Shown here piece after piece: positions 1-13,169 of a DNA stretch of 64,000 bases. This DNA comes from Anolis carolinensis (taxonomy: Eukaryota). A program made the translations under genes and the position numbers. Where the stretch lies: the NCBI RefSeq assembly GCF_035594765.1, contig NW_026943820.1, positions 26,234,647 through 26,298,646 of the forward strand, given 5' to 3'. A model generated the notes under the pieces. That model worked only from the letters and a program-made list of their open reading frames with translations, searched no databases and had not been told where the DNA came from. How positions within the stretch are numbered: position 1 is the first letter of the stretch; each line of letters opens with the position of its first letter.

Positions 1-1806
1 AAACATCATGTTTTACAATAAATTAACAAAAAAAAAAGCAGTTCAATACATGGTAACGTTATGTAGTAATTACTGTATTTATGAATTTAGCACCAAAACA
101 TCGCAATGTATTGAACATATCGACTACAAAAACATTGACTACTCAAAGGCAGACTGTGTTGGATAATCCAGAACATTGGATAAGCGAAGGTTGGATAAGC
201 GAGATTCTACTGCATTTTCAAAGTAAGGACTGCACAATGAAATAGGAAATAACACTTTCAAACCAGGAACAGAAAATGTTTCAAATTTTGTGTAGCCAAA
301 GCCTTTCCGACTGATGGCCATCAAGCCTCTGTTGAAAAGCTTCGGAAAAAGAGACTCCAACACACTCACAGGCAGGTATTCCATGATTCAATAATTCTTA
401 TTATCAAGTCTTTCCTACTGTTCCCACGGAATATATTTTCCTATTGTTTGAATCCTGGAAAAGCAGGAAACAAGCCTGCTCCGTCTTCAGTATCAAGTTC
501 CTTTTTCTCAGCCTTCTCTTCTCCAAGCTAAAAATCCTTGAAATCCTTTGGAGAGATTCATAGTTTGCAGACTTTTCACCATTTGGGTCACATTTCTTGT
601 GCATCTCTTTCTTGAATTGTGGTGCCCAGATCTGGACACCAGGTTATTCCAGGTTAGGAGGTCTGATTAAAGCGGTATAGAGTTGCATTGTGTAAGTCTT
701 GGTGTTGATCCATACTTCCAAGAAAATAAAACCAGCCACAAACTAGACATACAGACTTATGTCTATGAAATCATTTGCTGCCAACTTCTTTCTCAGTTGC
801 AATTCTACAGTGTTATAAATCCATTTGCACACAAGTAAACTGAAGTTTGGTTTCAAGACCTTACAGCCAGCACAGTCAGTGGGCATGACAATATATACAG
901 TAGAGTCTCACTTATCCAAGCTAAACGGGCCAGCAGAACCTTGGATAAGTGAATATCTTGGATAATAAGGAGGGATTAAGGAAAAGCCTATTAAACATCA
1001 AATTAGGTTATGATTTTACAAGTTAAGCGCCAAAACATCAAGTTATACAACAAATTTGACAGAAAAAGTAGTTCAATACGCAGTAATGTTATGTTGTACA
1101 GTAGTCTCACTTATCCAAGCTAAACGGGCCAGCAGAACCTTGGATAAGTGAATATCTTGGATAATAAGGAGGAATTAAGGAAAAGCCTATTAAACATCAA
1201 ATTAGGTTATGATTTTACAAGTTAAGTGCCAAAACATCAAGTTATACAACAAATTTGACAGAAAAAGTAGTTCAATATGCAGTAATGTTATGTTGTACAG
1301 TAGTCTCACTTATCCAAGCTAAATGGGCCAGCAGAACCTTGGATAAGTGAATATCTTGGATAATAAGGAGGGATTAAGGAAAAGCCTATTAAACATCAAA
1401 TTAGGTTATGATTTTACAAATTAAGCACCAAAACATCATGTTTTACAACAAATTTGACAGAAAAAGCAGTTCAATACACAGCAATGTTATGTTGTAATTA
1501 CTGTATTTACGAATTTAGCAACAAAATATCACGGTATATTGAAAACATTGACTACAAAAATGGCTTGGATAATCCAGAAACTTGGATAAGCGAGGCTTGG
1601 ATAAGTGAGACTGTACTGTCATCCAGAGTTACAGGGTTGTTGTGTATTTTCTGAGCTGTATGGCCATGTTCCAGAAGTATTCTCTCCTGACGTTTCACCC
1701 ACATCTATGGCAGGAATCCTCAGAGGTTGTGAGGCCCCAAGTTTGCCCATACCTCACAACCTCTGAGGATGCCTGCCATAGATGTGGGCACAATGTCAGG
1801 GCATAA

Positions 1807-2284
1807 TGTAAGACAATTTATCTTAAAAAGGCGTTCTGGCACAGGAAGCAATGAGGCAGAAAATCCAGTCTCGTAAGAGTACAAAAGCAAAGTTTATTTT
1901 CACATAGCTATGAGAAGAGGGGACAGCCGTACACCCCAAAAGGTTCGTAGTTGCAAATGGCTGCCGCGAAGCGTGACGTCGTAAACAAAGAATATATATC
2001 TCGGCTTATCTAAACTTGACCAATTACTGAGGGTCTTCTTCACCTCCACACTTCTTTGGCACAAGTGGTGTCTGTGATCTCACTTGTTGACTCTGAGCTT
2101 TCTTCTGACCTTGGAACTTTCTGGAGAAAGGTACCAGCTCAAGAGAAAGGGAGGGGCACAAGTCCTGTGTTACTTTGGCTCATACAAAGAGCTTATTGAC
2201 TATATAAAAGCTAATATGATATAAGCAGAGGCAAAGCTATATATGCAAAAGTCTACTAATTTCTGGCTTATGGTCCCTTCAACA
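1807..2284 (-). mobile_element. Probable solo LTR (ERV-like) in HSF4 intron 1
   Basis: TG...CA ends, minus-strand TATA-like and AATAAA signals, cleanly interrupts a Penelope-derived repeat; no clear TSD. Confidence 0.5.
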
Positions 2285-2417
2285 ATACTTCTGGCACATG
2301 GCCAAACAGCCCGGAAAACACACAACATCTTGTGATTCTGGCCATGAAATCCTTCGACAACACATTGGTCCAGAGTCACTTTCTATGATTTTTCTGCACC
2401 AATCCAGCTGTACTCAC

Positions 2418-2540
2418 AATACTCCAGCAGATGAGATGGTTGGTGTCGGGGTCCTCCACCAACGTCCAGAGTTTGGTGAGAAAAGCGGGGACGTTGCTGG
2501 CGTAGCCGTCCATGGCCAGCGAAGGGGGGGAATCCTGCAT
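2418..2540 (-). CDS. HSF4: Heat shock factor 4, first coding exon (start of HSF DNA-binding domain); remaining exons not found, presumably left of the window
   Basis: Minus-strand translation [41 protein letters not shown] followed by a phase-0 GTGAGT donor at 2417. [15 protein letters not shown] is the HSF DBD signature; position downstream of FBXL8 matches HSF4 synteny. Not in the ORF track. Confidence 0.88.
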
Positions 2541-4408
2541 CGCGATGGGATCTTGGGGCTACACCAGTGCCATCCCTTTGCCCGGCAACCCTCTCTCCGT
2601 CCCTCTCTCTTTCTGCCTATGTCAGAGGGAGCAAGGGCCATTTGGGCTGAGAAAACACCCGCCCACGAGGGTCACATCAGCAGCGGCAGGGCCTGGCTCC
2701 CTTCCAAGCTCAGCACAATCGCATGGGCATGGCCAACCGCCGGGAACAATGCTCCCCGAATGAAAGCTCACTGTATTTGGACGCACAAAAGCTGTGAATA
2801 AAGATGCAGCCTCATGCAAAGAGAATACCCTTGCTTGCACAAACACAGAAGGCCGAGAGGTCAGCACATCACGGGAGAGGGCCTGTTCCGTCTCCCAGGA
2901 GTTTGATTTTACAAGCTGCCCATAGTTGTAGAAATAGCACCTGTTTGCATTTGTTCCAGGGTTGCTGCAGATTCTGCAGCACTCTGATGGTTAGCTATTA
3001 GTAGAGTTTATAGCCAGCTCAGCAAAGTCTTTGCTGCTTGCAAATGTATCTTATTGTTCTGGAGACCACCCCTTTTCCGGGGGAAAGAAGGCTCCATTTT
3101 GAGAAGCCTCTTGCCTTCTAGACTGAAGAAAAACGAACTTAGATGTGCTTGTGTGGCCAAGCCAGGCCAACTCTGACAAAGCCATCATAAGTACTGACCT
3201 GCCTTTAAAACCAGTGCTGAGCATAAATAGGGAAAGACCTGTTCTTTCTAAAAATAGTAGCTTAGCACTGGGGCAGAGAATATCTCAGGATTTCTCAGGT
3301 TTAATATGCTTTTCCTTAATCCCTCCTTATTATCCAACATATTCGCTTATCCAAGCTTCTGCTGGCCCGTTTAGCTTGGATAAGTGAGACTCTACTGTAT
3401 AAACTTTCTAAATAAGAAAGTGACCCTCAATGGAAAGTAAATGTCCACTATCAAGATCAAGTGAATGGAAGATAAGCTGTTTTAAGACAACTTTGCTTTC
3501 AGTATGGACTAATAAAAACACCAGGCCAAGGTGTAAAATGATCCATATTTATTAAAAGCGAGCCTTTATTGTGAATATTGCCAATAATGCTTGAATGGCT
3601 ACAACTATAAAAAGAGTCGGAAAACATTAAAATCTTCTCCTGTATTAAAAAACACTTTAAAATAGAACCTGCATCATCCACAGCAATTCCTTTGTGCTCC
3701 CACCTCCATGTTGCACCAGTGGTTTAAAGCAAAGATGGGAATCGGGAAGCCCTCCCCGTGGTGGTGGACTACAAGTTCCAGCACCCTTATGGTGAAGAAT
3801 GCTGGGAGTTGTAGTCCAACATCCTCTGGAATGGCCTCCCAATTTCCTCTCCTGTTTTAGTGATCCTGACGAACACAGTGCTATGTGGTTTCCATGGATA
3901 TGTTCTGGCAGCATTTTCTCCTGATGTTTTGCCTGCATTTGTGGCTAGCATTTGCAGAGGATCCTCAGAAGATGCCAGTTACAGATGCAGGTGAAACGTC
4001 AGGAGAAAATGCTGCTACAGCTTGGAAACCACAGCACTAAAGTGATTCAGGCCGTGAAAGCCTTCGATGATCCCGATGAACGTCCCGAAGAAGTGTTTGT
4101 CTCATTGTTCCAAAGACGCAACATACTCTGGCAATCGTGGTACCAGTGGTTTGAAGAAAAGATAGTTCCAGCAGCCCATAGTGACAAACTGCTGGGAGTT
4201 GTAGTCCAACATTGTCTAGATGGAGTTCCCATTCCCTTTCCTGTTTTCGTGACCCCAATGAACGTTTGAAGAAGTGTTTGTCCCATCGTTCCAAAGATGC
4301 AGCTCATTCTAGCAGTCAGTTTAGCCATATATTTTTGTCCATTTCCTACTCCAAAGGCCATTTTGCTTTGTATTGGAGGCATGTGGGCACATCCGCATGC
4401 TGACCAAA

Positions 4409-5384
4409 TCACTGGCATGCTGTTGGAGTGTTGCACAACTGTCTCGCTGTTGACAAGAGGTATCTCCTGAGTTTTGGGCAATGCGAGAGGAACGCTATCT
4501 TCACCTCCGAGGAGACCGGGCAGTAACAGTAGACCTCTCGGAGATTCGCGCACCGCTTGGCCAGTTCAATGAGCGCCGCGTTGAGGTTGTCCGAGGCGGC
4601 CGTGGAGAGCTCCAGCACAAACAACGTCCTGCTGTAATTACGAGCCGCGAGCGTCAATTGCTCCACCAGGCAGGAGAAGTCGTTGAAGCGCAGAGCGACC
4701 ACGGGGATGACGGGGTTGAGGATCTGGGCCAGCATCGTGGGGTGAACCTCGCCCGTGAATTCCAGCCCCACGCGGAAACGCGGGTTCCGCCGCAGCATTG
4801 CCCTCCACATCTCGTCGGGGATGCGGGGAAACAAGCCGTTGTAGTAAATCTGCAAGTGCTGGAAGGGCTGCCTGCTCGGATTCAGCATGACCTGAAAGAC
4901 GTTCACGGACAGGCTGACATACGGGACCCCCAAAATAGAGAGATGGGGGCAAATGCCCAGAATGTCTGAAATGGTCTCCGGTCTCACCATGATGAACCCC
5001 AGGGCGCGGTTGTTGATTAGGAGGGCACGCAAATTCGGGCTGCTTATCGCGATCAGTCCCACCATCATGTTGTCTAGGGCGAAAGGCATTTGCCTCACGT
5101 CGAGTGACTGAATCTTGGCCGTTCCCAGTTCCTGGCAGAACCTGCGGATGCTCTGCAAGATGTCCTGACCCGAGTAGCAGAAGGGGCTGATCCCCGTGCA
5201 GATGACCCACAGAGCCCGCAGCCAGCACTTCTGCTTAGTCAACATGTCAAAGAGGTCACAGGTGCTCTTCCGGTTTTCCTCTCGGCTCTGATCGAACATG
5301 ATCTTCAAGGACCGGATGTGCTTCACATATGGGAGAATCCTCACCAGCATGTCTTGGCTCATCTCCAGCGAGTCCTCCTCAAAA
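4409..5384 (-). CDS. FBXL8-like paralogue, last coding exon (LRR region)
   Basis: ORF 4409..5362 shares YSGQDILQSIR, MPFxLD, SPNL, LSILGVxYVSLS, AALIELAKxC and CYC blocks with FBXL8 at 15542-16520. Acceptor tcttctttcag at 5385; phase 2 joins the exon at 7256-7407. Confidence 0.88.
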
Positions 5385-5579
5385 CTGAAAGAAGATTGGA
5401 TCGTATAAACACAGAATCACAGGCTTGGAAGAGACCCCCTCCCAGGGGTCCTGAGTGGAAAAGTTGAAGAATATAAATAATAATAATAATAATAATAATA
5501 ATAGTGTCCAACGTGTGATCCAACGTGTGATCCAATACAACAGCCAGCAGAGTGTCTGCTGTGGACTCGTTGTGTTTCA

Positions 5580-5616
<37 letters not shown>

Positions 5617-5617
<1 letters not shown>

Positions 5618-6325
5618 GGACCTCAAGATTGAACTTCAAAGACTCTGGCAGAAACCAGTGCAGGTGGTCCCGATGGTGATCGGCACACTGGGTGCCGTGC
5701 CAAAAGATCTCAGCTGGCATTTGGAAACAATAGACATTGACAAAATTACGATCTGCCAACTGCAAAAGGCCACCCTGCTGGGATCTGCACGCATCATCCA
5801 AAAATACATCACACAGTCCTAGACACTTGGGAAGTGTTCGACTTGTGATTTTGTGATACCCTGTTTCCCCTAAAAAAGACATCCCCAGAAAATAAGACCT
5901 AGTAGAGGTTTTCCTGAGTTGCTAAATATAAGTCCTCCCCCAAATGTAAGACCTAGCAAAGTTTTTGTTTGGAAGCATGCCCGGCGCCCGCCAAACAAAA
6001 CACCAGAGCATGTAGGATTGGTAAATGTACATACCAGTTGTACATGGAAATAATGGTAGTAACAAGAAATTCTTGATAGGATTCAGAGTTTGTCTGGTTA
6101 TGCTGGTTTGTGATGACAACTACTGCACAGTATATAATAAATGTTGATTTTTTTGTTCAACAATAAAAGTGAATTCTTCTTAATGGAAAAATAAGACATC
6201 CCCTGAAAATAAGACCTAGCACATCTTTGGGAGCAAAAAAAATATAAGTCACTGTCTTATTTTTGGGGAAACAGAGTATGAAATCCAGCATATCTATCTT
6301 GTTTGCTGGGTCATAATAATAATAA

Positions 6326-6374
<49 letters not shown>

Positions 6375-7012
6375 GCAACAACTGGACAATCTGGACAGAA
6401 AAACAAGAAAACTCATGACCATTCATCATTCACTGCACCCTCGCAGTGATGTTGACCGGCTATATCTGCCTAGAAGATCAGGGGGCAGAGAACTCTTGCA
6501 AGTAAAACAAGCAGTCAAAGAAGAAGAACATGCCCTGGCAGAAGATGTAAAGCAAAGCGAAGAACCTGCTTTGATTGAAGTCAAAAATCAGAAACTCCTC
6601 AAAGCACAGCAGACAAAAAACCAGTATAAGAAAACTGCACTACAAACTAGAGCTGACAGCTGGCACAACAAAACATTGCATGGAAAGTTCCTTGACAAAA
6701 TTGAAGGAAAAGCTGATAAGGAGAAGACCTGGCTCTGGCTCACGAATGGGACCCTGAAGAAGGAGACAGAAGGCCTGATCCTTGCAGCCCAGGAGCAAGC
6801 CATCAGGACAAAGGCAATTCAGGCCAAGATTGAAAAATCAGCTGATGACCCAAAATGCAGACTGTGCAAGGAAGCTGACGAAACCATTGATCATCTCCTC
6901 AGCTGCTGTAAGAAAATTGCACAGACAGACTACAAACAGAGGCACAACTATGTGGCCCAAATGATTCATTAGAACTTATGCCTCAAGTACCACCTGCCAG
7001 CAGTAAAGAACT
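5617..7012 (+). mobile_element. Dong/R4-type non-LTR retrotransposon fragments in (TAA)n, with a nested TA-TSD MITE at ~5858-6277
   Basis: ETEGLILAAQEQAI, CRLC..ETIDHLLSCC, RHN motifs of the RLE-type ORF; each fragment starts at a TAA tract. Confidence 0.8.
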
Positions 7013-7255
7013 GGATTATGAATACAGTAGTTTCTCACTCATCCAACCTTCACTTAGCCTACGTTCTGTATTATCCAACGCAGTCTGCCTTTTAGTATTA
7101 AATGTTCGCTTATCTAAAGTTCTGCTGGCCCATTTATATTGGATAAGCAAGACTCTACTGTATCATTTTCTAAAAGGTGATGATCTCTAATCTGTCATGC
7201 TTTTCTTAAAAACAAACAAATCTGGGTAATTTCAGAACAGGAAGGGTCTCCTTAC

Positions 7256-7407
7256 CGGATTTCTGTGAAACTCCAGACGGAAGAGGCAGAAACCGCGTCG
7301 GCCCAGTCCTGGCAGACATAGGAGCTGAGGATCCTGTTTCTGACGGGCAGGAAGGAGAAAATGTAGGAGAGGATCTCTCTTGGGATGAAATTCCAAGGGC
7401 TTTCCAT
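7256..7407 (-). CDS. FBXL8-like paralogue, F-box exon (spliced protein about 375 aa)
   Basis: gccATGg Kozak at 7407; MESPWNFIPREILSYIFSFLPVRNRILSSYVCQDWADAVSASSVWSFTEI is an F-box; CG|GTAAG donor at the same position and phase as in FBXL8. Confidence 0.87.
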
Positions 7408-7985
7408 GGCCAATCTCCTGATGCTATTGGTTGACACCTGCAAGATCTCAACAATCCTCCCTGGATTGAAAGAAAAGAGCTTTTCAGCCCAGTGTGGACA
7501 ACACATGGCCTGCAGGCAGCATGGAGACCCCAAAAGTCAAAGCATCACCCTTGAAGGCAGGCATGGGCAAACTTCAGCCATCCAGGTGTTTTGGACTTCA
7601 ACTCCCACAATTCCTAACAGAGAAGCCCAATGACCAACTGAACATTCTTAATGGGTTGGTAGGAATTGACCTTGGTTTTGGGAGTTGTAGTTCTCCCTTA
7701 TCCAGAGAGCACTGAACCCAGTAAGTGTGAGATCTGGGCCAAACTTGGCACACAGACCCAACATGGCCAACTGCGACTACTTCAGGGTTTGCGGGTGATT
7801 GCCTCAGGAATCTGGGAGTTGTAGTTCACCCTTATCCTGCCAATGATGGATCTAAACTTAAATGATATTACCTAATCAAAAAACAATGCTTTTTTTTTAA
7901 TAATCCGGGCACCGCCGGGTCCATAAGCTAGTAAGTAACATATATAAAATATATTATATTATATTATATTATAATATATTGAATA

Positions 7986-8026
<41 letters not shown>

Positions 8027-9074
8027 CTGTGCCCGGCCACGCGTTGCTGTGGCTTAGTCTGGTGGTGTTGGTCAGTCTACATTAGGTTGTATTTATGCTG
8101 TGACCTCCACCCTTCTTTATACTCACATTAGTAGTAGTATTTGAAGTCTGTTACCTTGTTCAATTTTTCAGTTTTGTGGGTCCGGATTGTGTTTTGTGGT
8201 GTGATTGTGTTGTTACAATCGGGAGGCAAGGCTTTTGCGTTGTGTGGTCAAGTTTTGTATTTCTGGGGCATTTAGTTGTGTGCCAAGTTTCAAATTTCTG
8301 GGGCGTTTAGTTGTGTTGTTATAGTCACAATGCTTTGTTGTGAGTTTTGTGCATCCGGATTGTGGTGTGGTTGTGTTGTTACAACCAGGAGGCAAGGCTT
8401 TTGCGTTGTGTTGTCAAGTTTTGTATTTCTGGGGCGTTTAGTTGTGTTGTTATAGTCATGATGTATTGTTGTGAGTTTTATGGGTCCGGATTGTGGTTTT
8501 GTGGTGTGGTTGTGTTGTTACAACCAGGAGGCAAGGATTTTGTGTTGTGTTGCCAAGTTTTGTATTTCTAGGGCATTTAGTTGTGTTGTTATAGTCATGA
8601 TGTGTTGTTGTGAGTTTTGTGGGTCCGGATTGTGGTTTTGTGGTGTGGTTGTGTTGTTGTAACCGGACGGCAAGGCTTTTGCATTGTGTTGCCAAGTTTC
8701 GTATTTGTGGGATGTTTAGTTTTGTTGTTATAGTCACTGCGCCCGCAACTTTATCCTTTTATATATATAGATGAGTCACAAAAAAACATTAAAATAAGAG
8801 CAAAGGGAAACAATTAACTGGACTATTGTATATAAATATCATATTGATATATATAAATATCACATTGATATATATAAATATCATATTGATATTGTAATGT
8901 AATACAGTATAATAATAATAAAATATAATATTAATTATTACATGTTATATTACTAATAATATTACAGTATAGTGGTATAGTACAATATAGTAATATACAA
9001 TGCTGATACTGTGCTATGCTAATAATACAATATATTGTATGTACGTATAATTTGTAAACACTCTTCGAGGTGAG

Positions 9075-9206
9075 NNNNNNNNNNNNNNNNNNNNNNNNNN
9101 NNNNNNNNNNNNNNNNNNNNNNNNNNNNNNNNNNNNNNNNNNNNNNNNNNNNNNNNNNNNNNNNNNNNNNNNNNNNNNNNNNNNNNNNNNNNNNNNNNNN
9201 NNNNNN
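9075..9206. other. Assembly gap (N run) with duplicated flanks
   Basis: 132 N; sequence 8787-9074 recurs at 9207-9480. Confidence 0.95.
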
Positions 9207-9502
9207 ATTAAAATAAGAGCAAAGGGAAACAATTAACTGGTCTATTGTATATAAATATATTGATATATATATAAATATCATATTGATATTATAATGTAAT
9301 ACAGTATAATAATAATACAGTATAATATTAATTATTACATGTTATATTACTAATAATATTACAGTATAGTGGTATAGTACCATATAGTAATATACAATGC
9401 TGATATTGTGCTATGCTAATAATATAATATATTGTATGTACATATAATTTGTAACAGCTCTGAGACTCCTTCGGGGTGAGAAAGACAGGATATAAATTAT
9501 AT

Positions 9503-9538
<36 letters not shown>

Positions 9539-9729
9539 AAATTTTATATATATTATTTTAATGTTTTTTGTGACTCATGAGTCACAAAAAAAGTATTAAA
9601 ATAAGAGCAAAGGGAAACAATTAACTGGTCTATCGCAAGCCTCCAAAATATGCAAGATAATTTTTAAAGTAATTAAATTAATGGGGAGATTATAATAATA
9701 CAGTAAGTCTATTTTTAAAGAGAATACTG

Positions 9730-10960
9730 TAACAACTCTTTTATTCTATTTTATCTCAAAATAAAGATATTTCAACCAAGATTTTACTCTGTTTTATCCC
9801 AAAATTATAATTTAACAACTCTTTTATTCTACTTTATCTCAAAATAAAGGTATTTCAACCAATATTTTACTCTGTTTCATCTCAAAATTATAATAATTTA
9901 AGAACTCTTTTATTCTATTTTATCTCAAAATAAAGATATTTCAACCAATATTTTACTGTTTTATCCCAAAATTATAATAATTTAAGAACTCTTTTATTCT
10001 ACTTTATCTCAAAATAAAGGTATTTCAACCAATATTTTACTCTGTTTCATCTCAAAATTATAATAATTTAAGAACTCTTTTATTCTATTTTATCTCAAAA
10101 TAAAGATATTTCAACCAATATTTTACTGTTTTATCCCAAAATTATAATAATTTAAGAACTCTTTTATTCTACTTTATCTCAAAATAAAGGTATTTCAACC
10201 AATATTTTACTCTGTTTCATCTCAAAATTATAATAATTTAAGAACTCTTTTATTCTATTTTATCTCAAAATAAAGATATTTCAACCAATATTTTACTCTG
10301 TTTCATCTCAAAATTATAATAATTTAAGAACTCTTTTATTCTATTTTATCTCAAAATAAAGGTATTTCAACCAATATTTTACTCAGTTTCATCTCAAAAT
10401 TATAATAATTTAAGAACTCTTTTATTCTATTTTATCTCAAAATAAAGATATTTCAACCAATATTTTACTCTGTTTTATCCCAAAATTATAATAATTTAAG
10501 AACTCTTTTATTCTATTTTATCTCAAAATAAAGGTATTTCAACCAATATTTTACTCTGTTTCATCTCAAAATTATAATAATTTAAGAACTCTTTTATTCT
10601 ATTTTATCTCAAAATAAAGATATTTCAACCAATATTGTACTCTGTTTCATCTCAAAATTATAATAATTTAAGAACTCTTTTATTCTATTTTATCTCAAAA
10701 TAAAGATATTTCAACCAATATTTTACTCTGTTTTATCCCAAAATTATAATAATTTAAGAACTCTTTTATTCTATTTTATCTCAAAATAAAGATATTTCAA
10801 CCAATATTTTACTCTGTTTTATCCCAAAATTATAATAATTTAAGAACTCTTTTATTCTATTTTATCTCAAAATAAAGGTATTTCAACCAATATTTTACTC
10901 CGTTTTATCCCAAAATTATAATAATTTAACAACTCCTTCATTCTATTTTATTGAAAAACC
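9730..10960. repeat. AT-rich tandem repeat, ~85-bp unit
   Basis: About 14 units of TTCAACCAATATTTTACTCTG...TTCTATTTTATCTCAAAATAAAG. Confidence 0.9.
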
Positions 10961-11149
10961 AAAATAATAATATTTTAACAACTATTTCATTCTATCACAA
11001 AACAAACAAAACTGCTAAAAGGGGAAACTCTCAACCTTTATCCTTCCCACCCACCCACCTTTGTAAATGAACTTTATATTCCAAATATTCCCTTTGTAAA
11101 TGAACTTTAGAAATTAAAATTAATTTTATTTTTCCCTCAAAGGTCTTGC

Positions 11150-11350
11150 TTGAGCGCGAAGCAACCTCCTCACCTGCTTTCAGAAAGCCCCAGTACGCAT
11201 GCGCGTCGCCTGCGGGACACGCGCTCTTTTTAAAGCCCATGGAAGCACGCGCGCTCCAACTGCGCCTGCGCACCATCACCACCGCGTCGCGCCTAAAAGA
11301 AGCCTCTCTGCAAGAGGCGGTGGACTGAACTGCGCAGGCGCGGAGACTGA
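11150..11350 (-). promoter_or_regulatory. Putative CpG-rich promoter and non-coding first exon of the FBXL8 paralogue
   Basis: Isolated CpG cluster with three NRF1-like motifs (ACGCATGCGC ~11195, TGCGCCTGCGCA ~11261, TGCGCAGGCGC ~11331) and a strong minus-strand donor CAG|GTGAGG at 11174/11173. Confidence 0.55.
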
Positions 11351-11559
11351 AGTTTAACCCTTTTCCTCCTGGAGGAAAAAAAAAACTTTTCCCAATGGGG
11401 AAGAGGCAGCAAGGCAGAGAAATTCCAGCAAGTGCAAAGAAAGTTTGCCTTGACCTGGGGGAGCGTCCACACTGCTGAATTAATACACTTTAAATTCATC
11501 CATTTCATCATGCCATGGTCCAGTGCTGTGGAGCCTTGGGAGTTGTAGTTTTCCAAGGC

Positions 11560-13150
11560 TTTATTATTATTATTATTATTATTATTATATTTATAACCTC
11601 GCTTTATGTCCCCAAAAGCATTAATTTAGCAAACTTTCAATGCATCATTATTGTTGTTGTTATTATTATTATTGTATTTATACCCTGCTTTATGTCCCCA
11701 AAAGCATTAATTTAGCAAACTTTCAATGCATCGTAATTGTTGTTGTTGTTGTTGTTGTTATTATTATTATTATATTTATAACTTGCTGTATGTCCCCAAA
11801 AGCATTAATTTAGCAAACTTTCAATGTATCATTATTGTTGTTGTTTTTGTTATTATTATTATTATATTTATAACTCGCTGTATGTCCCCAAAAGCATTAA
11901 TTTAGTAAACTTTCAATGCATCATTATTATTGTTGTTGTTATTATTATATTTATACCCTGCTTTATGTCCCCAAAAGCATTAATTTAGCAAACTTTCAAT
12001 GCATCATTATTAATGTTGTTGTTGTTGTTATTATTATTATATTTATAACTCGCTGTATGTCCCCAAAATTATTATTATTATTATTATATTTATGCCCTAC
12101 TTTATGTCCCCAAAAGCATTAATTTAGCAAACTTTCAATGCATCATCATTATTGTTGTTGTTATTATTATATTTATACCCTGCTTTATGTCCCCAAAAGC
12201 ATTAATTTAGCAAACTTTCAATGCATCATCATTATTGTTGTTGTTGTTATTATTATTATATTTATACCCTGCTTTATGTCCCCAAAAGCATTAATTTAGC
12301 AAACTTTCAATGCATCATTATTAATGTTGTTGTTGTTGTTATTATTATTATATTTATAACTCGCTGTATGTCCCCAAAATTATTATTATTATTATTATAT
12401 TTATGCCCTACTTTATGTCCCCAAAAGCATTAATTTAGCAAACTTTCAATGCATCATCATTATTGTTGTTGTTATTATTATATTTATACCCTGCTTTATG
12501 TCCCCAAAAGCATTAATTTAGCAAACTTTCAATGCATCATCATTATTGTTGTTGTTGTTATTATTATTATATTTATACCCTGCTTTATGTCCCCAAAAGC
12601 ATTAATTTAGCAAACTTTCAATGCATCATCATTATTGTTGTTGTTATTATTATATTTATACCCTGCTTTATGTCCCCAAAAGCATTAACTTAGCAAACTT
12701 TCAATGCATCATTGTTATTATATTTATACCCTGCTTTATGTTCCCAAAAGCATTAATTTAGCAAACTTTCAATGCATCATTATTGTTATTATTATATTTA
12801 TACCCTGCTTTATGTTCCCAAAAGCATTAATTTAGCAAACTTTCAATGCATCATTATTGTTATTATTATATTTATACCCTGCTTTATGTCCCCAAAAGCA
12901 TTAATTTAGCAAACTTTCAATGCATCATTATTATTATATTTATACCCTGCTTTATGTCCCCAAAAGCATTAATTTAGCAAACTTTCAATGCATCATTATA
13001 TTTATACCCTGCTTTATGTCCCCAAAAGCATTAATTTAGCAAACTTTCAATGCATCATTATTGTTGTTGTTATTATTATTATATTTATACCCTGCTATAT
13101 GTCCCCAATACCATTAATTTAGCAAACTTTCAATGCATCATTATGATTAT
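11560..13150. repeat. Minisatellite, ~60-90-bp unit with variable (TTA/TTG)n insert
   Basis: About 20 copies of TATGTCCCCAAAAGCATTAATTTAGCAAACTTTCAATGCATC. Confidence 0.9.
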
Positions 13151-13169
13151 TGTTGTTATTATTTTATTA

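Noticed and set aside
2112-2128. HSE-like GAAnnTTCnnGAG in HSF4 intron 1 (autoregulation)
   Set aside because: Imperfect, and lies within a probable LTR insertion; chance match likely.
4481-5228. Overlapping/antisense ORFs over the FBXL8 exons (also 15489-16352), TRADD and B3GNT9 (63206-63739)
   Set aside because: Shadow frames of GC-rich coding exons.
8787-9480. Tandem duplication around the N gap
   Set aside because: Cannot be distinguished from unmerged contig overlap.
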